The position numbers and the translations under genes are program-made. From NCBI RefSeq assembly GCF_019464535.1, contig NZ_CP080507.1, positions 210,001 to 242,000 of the forward strand: a DNA stretch of 32,000 nucleotides, in the 5' to 3' direction. The notes under the pieces were generated by a model. The model did not search any database. It was not told the origin of the DNA and saw only the letters and a program-made list of their open reading frames with translations. Positions 7,885-15,998 of the stretch are shown piece after piece. Each line of letters begins with the position of its first letter. The stretch's first letter is position 1. The DNA comes from Horticoccus luteus. Lineage in GTDB: Bacteria; Verrucomicrobiota; Verrucomicrobiia; Opitutales; Opitutaceae.

Positions 7885-9489
7885 TCACACTTGCAGGACG
7901 CCGGTGTGGAAGTGGGCGCGCGGGCTGGGGCGGGCGCTGAGGGCGAGGGCGGTGAGGAGGATTTGGCGGGTGTCGTGCGGTGGGATGATGGCATCGACCC
8001 AGCCGCGGGCGGCGCCGTAGCGGATGTCGGTTTGCTCGACGTAGTCGTTTTTGACGCGTTCGCGGAGGGCGGCGAGTTCTTCGGCGGGACGGTCTTTGGC
8101 ACCGCGGGAGAGGATGTGGAAAACGGTATCCGCGGCTTGGGTGCCGCCCATGACGGCGTAGCGGGCGTTGGGCCAGGCGAAGATGAAGCGCGGGTCGAAG
8201 GCTTTGCCGCACATGGCATAGTGGCCGGCACCGTAACTGCCGCCCACGATGACGGTGATTTTAGGGACGGTGGAATTGCTGAGGGCGTTCACCATTTTCG
8301 CTCCGCTGCGAATGATGCCGCTGTGTTCCGCGTCTTTGCCCACCATGAAGCCGGAAACGTCTTGGAAGAAGATCAGGGGGAGGCGCGTCTGATTGCAGTC
8401 CATGATAAAGCGGGCGGCCTTGTCGGCGCTGTCGGCGTAAATGACGCCGGGCATCTGGAGGCCGGTGGCGGGGGATTGAACGCGGGTGCGTTGATTCGCG
8501 ACGAGGCCGACGGGGTGGCCGCCCAGGCGGGCGTAGGCGCAGACGATGGACTGGCCGTAGTCGGTTTTATATTCGTTGAGCGTGCCGGCATCGACGAGGC
8601 AGCGGAGGAGATCGCGGGCGTCGTATTCTTTGCGGCCGTCGAGGCTGACGAGTTCGTAAAGGCGGCTGGCGTGAAATTCGGGTTCGGTCGCGGCGGAGGC
8701 GGGCGTCGCGGGTTCGGCGGGAAGAAGCGCGAGGAGTTCTTTGAGGCGCGCGAGACAGGCGGGGTCGTCTTTCTCCTTAAAATCCACGGTGCCGGAAATC
8801 TCCGCGTGCATGGTGGCGCCGCCGAGGGTTTCGCTGTCGGTCTCCTGGCCGATGGCGGCTTTGACGAGGGTGGGGCCGGCGAGGTAGAGGCCGCTGCCTT
8901 CGGTCATGAGTATCTTGTCGCAGAGGACGGGCAGGTAGGCGCCGCCGGCGACGCAGTTGCCCATGATGGCGGCGTATTGGGGAATGGCGGCGGCGGAGAG
9001 GACGGCGTTGTTGCGGAAGATGCGGCCGAAGTCGTCCTCGTCGGGAAAGATTTCATCCTGCATCGGCAGAAAGACGCCGGCGGAATCGACCAGATAAATA
9101 AGGGGGAGATTATTTTCGAAGGCGATGCGTTGGGCGCGGAGAACTTTTTTGCAGGTCATGGGAACGAAGGCGCCGGCTTTCACGGTGGCGTCGTTGGCGA
9201 TGAGCATGCAGGGGTGGCCGCTGACGCGGCCGATGCCGGTGATGACGCCGGCGGCGGCGAACTGGCCCCACGCGGGATACAGGCCGTGGGCGGCCCAGAG
9301 GCCGAGTTCGAGAAAATCGTCGGGATCGTCGAGCAGGGCGGCGAGGCGTTCGCGGGCGAAGAGCCGGCCGAGTTTGTGCTGGCGGGCGAGGCCGTCGGGG
9401 CCGCCGCCTTCGCGCAGGGCGGCTTCGGTAGCGGCGAGTTCGTGGCAGCGTTCGAGGAGGGAAGGGGACGTTTCCGCAGCGAGCTTCAT
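7885..9489 (-). CDS. Acyl-CoA carboxylase carboxyltransferase (beta) subunit, methylcrotonyl-CoA/geranyl-CoA carboxylase type (LiuB/AtuC-like)
   Basis: 534 aa, the typical MCCase-beta length. Motifs include GGGPDGLARQHKLGRLFARERL..LLD, GVITGIGRVSGHPCMLIANDATVKAGAF, the GGAYLP subdomain, a second CT subdomain with PLIFFQDVSGFMVG, and GAKMV...VPKITVIVGGSYGAG. Confidence 0.9.
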   Translation of the reverse strand: MKLAAETSPSLLERCHELAATEAALREGGGPDGLARQHKLGRLFARERLAALLDDPDDFLELGLWAAHGLYPAWGQFAAAGVITGIGRVSGHPCMLIANDATVKAGAFVPMTCKKVLRAQRIAFENNLPLIYLVDSAGVFLPMQDEIFPDEDDFGRIFRNNAVLSAAAIPQYAAIMGNCVAGGAYLPVLCDKILMTEGSGLYLAGPTLVKAAIGQETDSETLGGATMHAEISGTVDFKEKDDPACLARLKELLALLPAEPATPASAATEPEFHASRLYELVSLDGRKEYDARDLLRCLVDAGTLNEYKTDYGQSIVCAYARLGGHPVGLVANQRTRVQSPATGLQMPGVIYADSADKAARFIMDCNQTRLPLIFFQDVSGFMVGKDAEHSGIIRSGAKMVNALSNSTVPKITVIVGGSYGAGHYAMCGKAFDPRFIFAWPNARYAVMGGTQAADTVFHILSRGAKDRPAEELAALRERVKNDYVEQTDIRYGAARGWVDAIIPPHDTRQILLTALALSARPSPRAHFHTGVLQV

Positions 9490-9712
9490 GGGAGGGCCGC
9501 GGTGGCGCGGCGGGGTAGTGAGACCGTGGGAAGAAGAGAACGTTGCGCAACCGGCAAGCGCAGGGGCGGCGGAGGGTTACGCTGTTCGGAGTAGGCTGCG
9601 TGTGGCTGGGCCGCGGGGGCTTGCGGCCCGCGGGCAGGGGCGGGATGGTCGCGAACAACCCCGAGAGCGCCCGGTCGTTAGCGGCGTTCGGAAAAACACG
9701 AAGAACGTCCCC

Positions 9713-10900
9713 ATGCTCGCGCCGCACTCGTTGTATCTGGATTATCTAAAGCCGGAGGAGTTGGAATTTTTGGCACGCACACGGGTGTTTTGCCGGGACG
9801 AGATCGCGCCGCACGCGAACGCGTGGGAGGAGAACGAAGCGTTGCCGCGGGCGTTGTTCACGCAGGCGGGGCGGGCGGGATTGATGGGCATCATGGCGCC
9901 GAAGAGCGTCGGCGGACAGGCGTTGGGGCGGCTGTGCTACTCGCTCGTGATTGCGGAAGTGGCGAAGCATTGCGGGGCGTTTGCGATGAACCTGGCGGCG
10001 CACAACGCGCTGTGCGTGGCGCATCCGCTGGGGCACGCGAGCGAGGAGCTGAAGAAAAAGATTTTCCCGAGTGTGCTGAATGGCGATTGGATGGTGGCGT
10101 GGGCGCTGACGGAGCCGAATGCGGGATCGGATACCGGTGGGGTGGAGACGACGGCGGTGGAGGGAACGGACGGCGCGTGGATCATCAACGGGCACAAACT
10201 TTACATTACGATGGGCAACCACTCGGACCGCATGATCGTGATGGCGGTGACCGGGGCGGACGCGAAAGGGCGGAAGGAGTTTTCGGCGTTTTGGGTGCAC
10301 ACGAAAGACACGACACCGATTCGCAAGGTGCCGACCTCGGGCGTGCGGGCGAGCAACACGAGCGAGTTCACTTTGAAGAACGTGCGCGGCGAAATGATTG
10401 GCGAGCGCGGGAGCGGGCAGCGCGCGGCGCTGGCGTGTCTCGACGTGGGGCGGCTCGGCATCGCAGGAATGTCGATCGGCCTCGGGCGGGCGGCGGTGGA
10501 GATCGCGACGCAACGGATGCTCACGCGAAAGCAATTCGGGAAGCGGCTGGCGGAGTTTCAGGCGCTGCAGTTCAAGCTGGCGGATTGCGAGGTGGAGCTG
10601 CGCGCGGCGGAAGCGTTGCTCCTGCAGGCGGCGGTGATGTCGGACCGCGGACAGCGACACACGTTGGAAGGATCGATCGCGAAGCTCTACGCGTCGGAAG
10701 CGGCGTCGCGCGCGGCGGATCGGGCGTTGCAGATTTGCGGCGGCTGGGGCTACACGCGCGACACGACGGTGGAGCGGTGCTGGCGCGATGCGCGGCTGTG
10801 CGAGATCGGCGAGGGTTCGAGCGAAGTGCAGCGACTCATCATCAGCCGCACGTTGATCAAGGCGGCGGAAGAGGCGATGGGCGGGGCCGGAGAAAAATAG
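9713..10900 (+). CDS. Acyl-CoA dehydrogenase (IVD/AtuD-like; substrate not assignable)
   Basis: Track ORF 9125..10900 is over-extended. ATG 9713 gives MLAPHSLYLDYLKPEELEFLARTRVFCRDEIAPHANAWEENEALPRALF. Other motifs are WALTEPNAGSD, the middle beta-domain, and the C-terminal QICGGWGYTRDTTVERCWRDARLCEIGEGSSEVQRLIISR, which is the canonical ACAD C-terminus. Confidence 0.9.
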   Translation: MLAPHSLYLDYLKPEELEFLARTRVFCRDEIAPHANAWEENEALPRALFTQAGRAGLMGIMAPKSVGGQALGRLCYSLVIAEVAKHCGAFAMNLAAHNALCVAHPLGHASEELKKKIFPSVLNGDWMVAWALTEPNAGSDTGGVETTAVEGTDGAWIINGHKLYITMGNHSDRMIVMAVTGADAKGRKEFSAFWVHTKDTTPIRKVPTSGVRASNTSEFTLKNVRGEMIGERGSGQRAALACLDVGRLGIAGMSIGLGRAAVEIATQRMLTRKQFGKRLAEFQALQFKLADCEVELRAAEALLLQAAVMSDRGQRHTLEGSIAKLYASEAASRAADRALQICGGWGYTRDTTVERCWRDARLCEIGEGSSEVQRLIISRTLIKAAEEAMGGAGEK

Positions 10901-11141
10901 GAAAAGCGGCAAAGACGGCGGCGCTTCGCGCCCGCTGCTCACGACCGCGAGCAGGCGCGCGACGAGAGGGCGGACGAACGAAAGCGGGTGCGTTTCGCGG
11001 CGACAGAACGGGGCGAGCGGGCGCGCGGTCGGGCGAGAAAGAGCGTAAGAGCAGCGGCGCGGCTTGCGTTGGCGGGACAAGGGCACATGGTGGGCGGTTC
11101 TGTTCTTTGATTGGTCTGCACCCAATCACTTTCCCATTTAC

Positions 11142-11497
11142 GGGGGTGTTCTGGATTCGATCCTTGGTTGGAGTGCGCCGCTGCCTGTCGAGAGTCGTGG
11201 GTCTCTCGTAAATCCCCCTGCGAACCAATAATAGGCAAATACGAAGAAATGCCCATGGCCGCTTAATTAAAGCGGCCTTGTTGGACCGGCGACACCTGCT
11301 AGCCGGCCCGACAACGACAGCAGGTATAGCGCGTGGAGCCGTCCGCGGACCGCGCGTCGTATCTTCATCCGGGGACTGGCCGATGCTTAAGCGCGCGTAA
11401 CCGCGTAACATCGGCGAGATTAATGGTGCGCTAAACATGGTAGACGCGGTGTGCGAAGGTCAGGGACACGCGGGTTCAACTCCCGCCACCTCCACCA
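11142..11497 (+). ncRNA. ssrA: tmRNA (transfer-messenger RNA, SsrA), one-piece, CCA encoded
   Basis: The 5' end GGGGGTGTTCTGGATTCGA compares with E. coli GGGGCTGATTCTGGATTCGAC. The 3' end GGACACGCGGGTTCAACTCCCGCCACCTCCACCA compares with E. coli GGACGCGGGTTCAACTCCCGCCAGCTCCACCA. The acceptor stem GGGGGTG/CACCTCC contains the G3:U wobble (alanine identity). The T-arm is GCGGG-TTCAACT-CCCGC. The internal tag frame GGC AAA TAC GAA GAA ATG CCC ATG GCC GCT TAA lies at 11234..11266. Its stop sits at the apex of the perfect hairpin GGCCGCTT-AATTA-AAGCGGCC (11257..11277). Local G+C is visibly lower than in the flanks. Confidence 0.93.
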
Positions 11498-11502
11498 TTT
11501 TG

Positions 11503-11519
11503 TGCCCGCTGCGCGGGCA
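11503..11519 (+). terminator. Hairpin immediately 3' of ssrA (possible terminator or processing signal)
   Basis: TGCCCGC-TGC-GCGGGCA inverted repeat starting 6 nt after the CCA end, followed by GAATTTG. The U-tract is weak. Confidence 0.35.
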
Positions 11520-11671
11520 GAATTTGCCTGACGGATGCCTAAGTGGCTCCGCGGAAAATCGCCGGGCTTTGCTGTGCGGGCAGAGCGCGAATGGCCCGAG
11601 CGTTCCAGGCGCCGGGCAGGCATGCGGCGACGCCGCTGGCGTGTGGCGGTTCTTTCGTTTACGCTGGGGCG

Positions 11672-12649
11672 ATGAAGGCCGTTGTCATTTCCAAGCCGGG
11701 TCCGCCTGAGGTTTTGATGGTCGCGGATCGTCCGGATCCCGCCGTCGGCGAACGCGAGGTGCTGATTCGCGTCAAAGCGGCGGGCGTTAATCGCGCCGAC
11801 GTGGGCCAGCGGCAGGGGCGTTATCCCGCGCCCGCGGGCGTGGCGGCGGACATTCCCGGCCTCGAGGTGGCGGGCATCGTCGAGGCATGCGGCCGCGGGG
11901 TGGCGCGCTGGCGCCCGGGCGATGCGGTTTGCGCGCTGCTGCCGGGCGCGGGCTACGCCGAACGTGCGGCGGTGGATGAGCGCCATTGCCTGCCGGTGCC
12001 GTCGGTCGACTTTGCGGAGGCCGCCGCGTTGCCGGAGGTGTTGTTTACCGTCTGGTCCAATGTATTTCAACGCGGGCGTTTGCGGGCGGGGGAGACATTT
12101 CTCGTGCACGGAGGCACGAGCGGCATCGGGCTGGCGGCGTTGCAGCTGGCGAAGCTGTTTGGGGCGCGGGCTTGGGCGACGGCGGGGAGCGATGAGAAGT
12201 GTCGCGCGTGCGAACGCGCCGGCGCCGACCGGGCGATCAATTACCGCACGACCGATTTCGTGGGCGCGTTTGGGCACGAAAGTGTAGACGTGATTCTGGA
12301 CATGGTGGGGGGCGACTACGTGGCGAAAAACATCGCGCTGCTGCGGCCGGAAGGCCGGCTCGTGTTTATCAACACGATGCAGGGCGCCAAGGCCGAGGTG
12401 GATTTTCGGGCGGTCATGGCACGGCGACTGACGCTCACCGGGAGCACGCTGCGCACGCGCGAGCCGGAGTTCAAAGCGGCGGTGGCCGCGGAACTGGAGC
12501 GGCAGGTGTGGCCGTTGGTGGTCGCGGGGAAATTCAAGGCGCAGGTGTGGAAAACGTTTCCGTTCGGCGAGGCCGCGGCGGCGCATCGGTTGATGGAAAG
12601 CAGCGAGCACCGCGGGAAAATCGTGTTGATTCCCGAGCGCGCGGACTAG
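11672..12649 (+). CDS. qor: NADPH:quinone oxidoreductase / zeta-crystallin family medium-chain dehydrogenase
   Basis: Track ORF 11543..12649; start moved to ATG 11672 (MKAVVISKPGPPEVLMVADRPDP). Motifs include VLIRVKAAGVNRADVGQRQGRYP, PGLEVAGIV and the Rossmann motif FLVHGGTSGIGLAALQLAK. The C-terminus is AAAHRLMESSEHRGKIVL. Confidence 0.88.
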   Translation: MKAVVISKPGPPEVLMVADRPDPAVGEREVLIRVKAAGVNRADVGQRQGRYPAPAGVAADIPGLEVAGIVEACGRGVARWRPGDAVCALLPGAGYAERAAVDERHCLPVPSVDFAEAAALPEVLFTVWSNVFQRGRLRAGETFLVHGGTSGIGLAALQLAKLFGARAWATAGSDEKCRACERAGADRAINYRTTDFVGAFGHESVDVILDMVGGDYVAKNIALLRPEGRLVFINTMQGAKAEVDFRAVMARRLTLTGSTLRTREPEFKAAVAAELERQVWPLVVAGKFKAQVWKTFPFGEAAAAHRLMESSEHRGKIVLIPERAD

Positions 12650-12781
12650 TGCGGACGATTCGCGCGGCGGGGGGCGGGGGCCGTTGACGGAGCAACGGGC
12701 GCTCGCGCTCACGCGGGGCTCGCGCGCGGGATTGCGTCGCGGCGACGGGGCGCGTAGATCAGCGCGCAGGCTTTCTTCCCC

Positions 12782-14113
12782 ATGAAAATTTCCGCTCTTC
12801 GTTTCCTCGCGTGCGCCATGGGCGCGACGTTTGTTCTGGCGGGTGATTTATCGGGCCGCGCGGCGGCGGGAGTGGATGTTTCCGCGGTGGCGCAGGTGCG
12901 GCCGGCTTTGCCGGTGATTCCGGAGCGGACGTTCGACGTGACTGACTTCGGCGCGGTGGGCGATGGGCGGACGTTGAATACGCAGGCGTTCAAGCACGCG
13001 ATCGCGGCGGTGAAAAAAGCCGGAGGCGGTCGGCTCGTCGTGCCGCCGGGCGTGTTTGTCACGGGGCCGATCACGTTGTGCTCCAACCTTGATTTGCATC
13101 TCAACGTGGGGGCGGTGATCCAGGCGCCGGCGTCGTTCGGGGCGGTGGGGTTGCCGGAGCCGACGACCGTGCGTTCGCAGGCGGAGGCGGCGGCGCTGCC
13201 GACGCCGAAGCCTTTGATCAGCGGACGGGACTTGCATGATGTCGCGATCACGGGCCTCGGGACGATCGATGGCAGCGGCGCGATGTGGTGGGCGTGGTCG
13301 GAGCGGGCGGCGCGCGCCGCGGCGAAGACGGAGCCGGGGCGGATCGTTTATCGGCGGGCGAATCTGGTGGCGATCAGCGGGTGCGAACGGTTGCGGGTGG
13401 CGGACATCACGTTGACCAACTCGCCAAAGTTTCACCTGGTGCCGAAGGACGTCACTGACCTGACGATCGAGCGGGTGAAGGTGCGCGCGCCTTTCAATGC
13501 GCCGAACACCGACGCGATCGATCCCGGTCCGGTGACGCGGGCGTGGATCCATCACTGCGACATTGATACGGGCGACGACGACATCTGCATCAAATCCGGC
13601 GGGCGGGACGTGTTGATCGAGGACTGTGTGATCAAGCACGGCCACGGGATTTCCATTGGATCGGAGACCACGGTGGGCGTGAGCAACATGCTCGTGCGGC
13701 GATGCGCGTTGGACGGCACGGACAATGGAATCCGCATCAAGTCGATGCGTGGTGCCGGCGGGGTGGTGGAAAACATTCGCTACACCGACATCACGATGAA
13801 GAACGTGACGAACGCGATCGTGCTGCAGTTGGATTACGTCGATAACAACCGCCCGAATTTCAAAGGCGATCCGACGAAGATGCCGGTTATCCGCAATATC
13901 CTGCTGGACCATCTCACGATCGAAGGCAGTCGCAATGCGGGCATCATTCACGGCATTCCGGACAGCCCGATCACGGGCATCACGTTGCGCGACATCACGC
14001 TGACGGCAGAGAAGGATTTCAGCATCAAGAACGCGGGCGAACCGGTGTTCGAGCGCGTGGTCCGCACGATCAAGCCCGGCGTGGCGGCGGTGAAGCCGAA
14101 GATCGTGGAGTGA
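12782..14113 (+). CDS. Secreted glycoside hydrolase family 28 (polygalacturonase / exo-galacturonosidase-like)
   Basis: 443 aa. Signal peptide MKISALRFLACAMGATFVLAG, then DVTDFGAVGDGRTLNTQAFKHAI. The four GH28 signature blocks are present: NTDAIDP, DTGDDDICIKSG, GHGISIGSE and NGIRIKS. Confidence 0.92.
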   Translation: MKISALRFLACAMGATFVLAGDLSGRAAAGVDVSAVAQVRPALPVIPERTFDVTDFGAVGDGRTLNTQAFKHAIAAVKKAGGGRLVVPPGVFVTGPITLCSNLDLHLNVGAVIQAPASFGAVGLPEPTTVRSQAEAAALPTPKPLISGRDLHDVAITGLGTIDGSGAMWWAWSERAARAAAKTEPGRIVYRRANLVAISGCERLRVADITLTNSPKFHLVPKDVTDLTIERVKVRAPFNAPNTDAIDPGPVTRAWIHHCDIDTGDDDICIKSGGRDVLIEDCVIKHGHGISIGSETTVGVSNMLVRRCALDGTDNGIRIKSMRGAGGVVENIRYTDITMKNVTNAIVLQLDYVDNNRPNFKGDPTKMPVIRNILLDHLTIEGSRNAGIIHGIPDSPITGITLRDITLTAEKDFSIKNAGEPVFERVVRTIKPGVAAVKPKIVE

Positions 14114-14309
14114 ACCATTGGGCCGGCCGGTGCGGCGTGAAGGTGCGCGGGGGCAGCGTTAAATGAGGTGAACAGGGGCGGGATGTTGGCCGAGCGGCGT
14201 GAAACCGGTCCAGGACGTGGCGCGAAGTCGCTGGTGCGGAGGAAAGAGCGCGGAAGGCGCGGGTTGAGATTCCGAAGTGGGGCGGGCGCGCCAACCTAGG
14301 CGGAAGTCC

Positions 14310-14330
14310 GCGATTTGCGGCACGGCGGGG
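14310..14330 (+). repeat. Copy 1 of an imperfect 21-nt direct repeat in the GH28-dehydratase intergenic region
   Basis: GCGATTTGCGGCACGGCGGGG against GCAATCTGCGACACTGCGGGC (14382..14402): 16 of 21 identical by hand alignment, start-to-start spacing 72 nt. Confidence 0.3.
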
Positions 14331-14381
14331 CGGTTAATGCCCGACCCACACGCCCCGGAGTCCCCGCTGTCGCGCGCGATC

Positions 14382-14402
14382 GCAATCTGCGACACTGCGG
14401 GC
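14382..14402 (+). repeat. Copy 2 of the imperfect 21-nt direct repeat; it abuts ATG 14403
   Basis: See copy 1. It ends exactly at the candidate start codon of the small ORF. Confidence 0.3.
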
Positions 14403-14648
14403 ATGGAAGGCTATGCGATCAACGAATGGTGGGGGCACGAGGGGGAGACGTTTCACCCGGGCGGCTTTACGTTCGATTCGGGTGAGCAGCCGCATGGCGA
14501 AGCCTTCGTGCTGGTGTTCGAACATCAACCGGGTGTGGGCGTCGTGTATCTGTTTTTCGGTTCGCCGGGGGATTCACGGGGCAAGCAGCTCAGCGAGAGC
14601 GAGGCGGCCCGGCTGCGGGAGCAATTGCCGCACTTGGTGCACCACTGA
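14403..14648 (+). CDS. Small hypothetical protein (81 aa), no recognisable family
   Basis: MEGYAINEWWGHEGETFHPGGFTFDSGEQPHGEAFVLVFEHQPGVGVVYLFFGSPGDSRGKQLSESEAARLREQLPHLVHH. Composition is protein-like rather than Arg/Ala-rich, and codon third positions are mostly G/C. An alternative in-frame ATG lies at 14337; the track start 14277 is unlikely. Confidence 0.45.
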   Translation: MEGYAINEWWGHEGETFHPGGFTFDSGEQPHGEAFVLVFEHQPGVGVVYLFFGSPGDSRGKQLSESEAARLREQLPHLVHH

Positions 14649-14795
14649 ACGGGCACGGGAAGAAGCGAGGAACGGTTCGCGTTCGCCGGAAAGCCGGCGC
14701 GCGGGACCGCGCTGGGGGAGCCGCGGGAAACGTGCGGGGCGGGGAATCGACTCGGGCGTTGACCCGGGCGCGGCGGGGCTTGCACGCTCGCCGAC

Positions 14796-15974
14796 ATGAA
14801 GATCGTGAGTGTCGAAACGCGGGTGTGCCATGCGCGGATGCGCAACTGGGTGTTTGTGAAAATCACGACGGACCAGCCAGGCTTGATCGGCTGGGGCGAG
14901 GCGACACTCGAGTGGCACACGCGCAGCATCGTGGGGGCGATCGAGGATTTGAGCGTGCTGCTCGTGGGCGAGGATCCGCGGCGCATCGAATACCTGTGGC
15001 AGATGATGTATCGGCAGCATTTCTGGCACAGCAACGGCATCGTGCGGGCGACGGCGGTGGCGGGCATCGATCTGGCGTTGTGGGACATTCTGGGGAAATC
15101 GCTGGGCGTGCCGTGTCACGAGCTGTGGGGCGGGCGCGTGCGGGATTACGTGCGGCTTTATTGCCATCTTGGCGGCGGGAAGATGGAGGATTTTTACGGG
15201 ACGCCGGTGGACGAGGCGAAGCGCTTCGGCGAGCTGGCGCGACAGGCGGTGGAGGCGGGTTTCACGGCGTTCAAATCGATGCCGGTGCCGGAGCAGATGC
15301 CGATCGAAGGCGTGCGGCCGGTGAAGGCGGCGGAGGCGTGCGTGGCGGCGATGCGCGAGGCGGTGGGCGACGGCGTGGACATCATGGTCGATTGCCACGC
15401 GCGGCCGTCGCCGCAAATGGGTCTGGTGTTCGCGAAGGCCCTGGAGCCTTACAATCTCTACTTTTTCGAGGAGCCGTGCTGGCCGGAGCACATGGATGGA
15501 ATCGCGGCGGTGCAGCGCGCGGTGAAGACGCCGATCGCGACGGGCGAGCGGTTGTGTTCGCAGTTCGCGTTCAAGGAGCTGCTGGAAAAGCGCGCGGCGA
15601 GCATCATCCAGCCGGACATCACGCATTGCGGCGGGTTGAGCGAAACACGGCGGGTGGCGGCGATGGCGAACGCGTATGGCGTGGCGGTGGCGCCGCATAA
15701 TCCGCAGGGGCCGGTGAGCACGGCGGCGTCGATCGAGTTTGGGCTGGCGACTCCGAATTATCTGATTTGCGAGGCGGTGCACCAGGATGTGCCGTGGCGC
15801 GACGACATCGTGAGCTGGGGTTTCCGCGTGGAGAAGAACGGCCGGCGGGTTTACCCGGGCACGCGCGCGGGGCTGGGGGTGGAGATCAACGAAGCGGAGA
15901 TCGCGAAGCATCCGTTCGAGCAGGAACTGCCGCGGCGGAGCTTCGCGCCGGACGGCTCGGTGGTGGACTGGTGA
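14796..15974 (+). CDS. Enolase-superfamily sugar-acid dehydratase (mandelate racemase/muconate-lactonizing family, D-galactonate dehydratase-like)
   Basis: 392 aa. [74 protein letters not shown] parallels DgoD (WMFLKIETDEGVVGWGE, DLWQVMYR, GIDQALWDIKGK). The metal-ligand blocks are DIMVDCH, YFFEEP and IATGER, followed by [11 protein letters not shown]. Confidence 0.88.
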   Translation: MKIVSVETRVCHARMRNWVFVKITTDQPGLIGWGEATLEWHTRSIVGAIEDLSVLLVGEDPRRIEYLWQMMYRQHFWHSNGIVRATAVAGIDLALWDILGKSLGVPCHELWGGRVRDYVRLYCHLGGGKMEDFYGTPVDEAKRFGELARQAVEAGFTAFKSMPVPEQMPIEGVRPVKAAEACVAAMREAVGDGVDIMVDCHARPSPQMGLVFAKALEPYNLYFFEEPCWPEHMDGIAAVQRAVKTPIATGERLCSQFAFKELLEKRAASIIQPDITHCGGLSETRRVAAMANAYGVAVAPHNPQGPVSTAASIEFGLATPNYLICEAVHQDVPWRDDIVSWGFRVEKNGRRVYPGTRAGLGVEINEAEIAKHPFEQELPRRSFAPDGSVVDW

Positions 15975-15998
15975 GGGACCGCGGGCGGAGCGGATTTT

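Noticed and set aside
6448-9594. A 1048-aa plus-strand ORF spanning three minus-strand genes. Similar very long ORFs are 14574..16658 (-), 17067..19574 (-), 26471..28147 (+), 3637..5139 (+), 21304..22497 (-), 9746..11125 (-), 11420..12712 (-), 1013..2218 (-), 24022..24996 (+) and 196..969 (+).
   Set aside because: Their translations are monotonous Gly/Ala/Arg/Glu/Pro strings with no domain motifs. In every case the opposite strand or another frame encodes a protein with clear family signatures. Stop codons are simply rare in antisense frames of DNA with very high GC3, so these are compositional artefacts and not overlapping genes.
9611-9633. GC-rich inverted repeat CCGCGGG-N9-CCCGCGG in the divergent carboxyltransferase/acyl-CoA dehydrogenase intergenic region, considered as a possible operator.
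   Set aside because: It is built from the self-complementary CCGCGG core, which is common in DNA of this composition. There is no second copy and no adjacent regulator gene, so the evidence is insufficient.
11498-14200. Possibility that ssrA is the attachment site of a genomic island covering the downstream genes.
   Set aside because: There is no integrase, excisionase or phage gene downstream, and I found no duplicated copy of the ssrA 3' end (..CCCGCCACCTCCACCA) in the window. The downstream genes have the same high-GC composition as the rest.
14176-14293. tRNA-like fragments in the GH28-dehydratase gap. TGGCCGAGCGG (14187-14197) followed by GTGAAACCGGTC resembles the D-arm and anticodon-stem start of tRNA-Ser. 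There is a T-loop-like GCGGGTTGAGATTCCG (14258-14274) and a GCGCCA at 14287-14293.
   Set aside because: I could not fold a cloverleaf. There is no complementary acceptor stem, no closing strand for the anticodon stem, and the span (~118 nt) is too long even for a class II tRNA. It is probably chance similarity or at best a heavily decayed remnant. Relaxed-mode tRNAscan-SE or Infernal would settle it.
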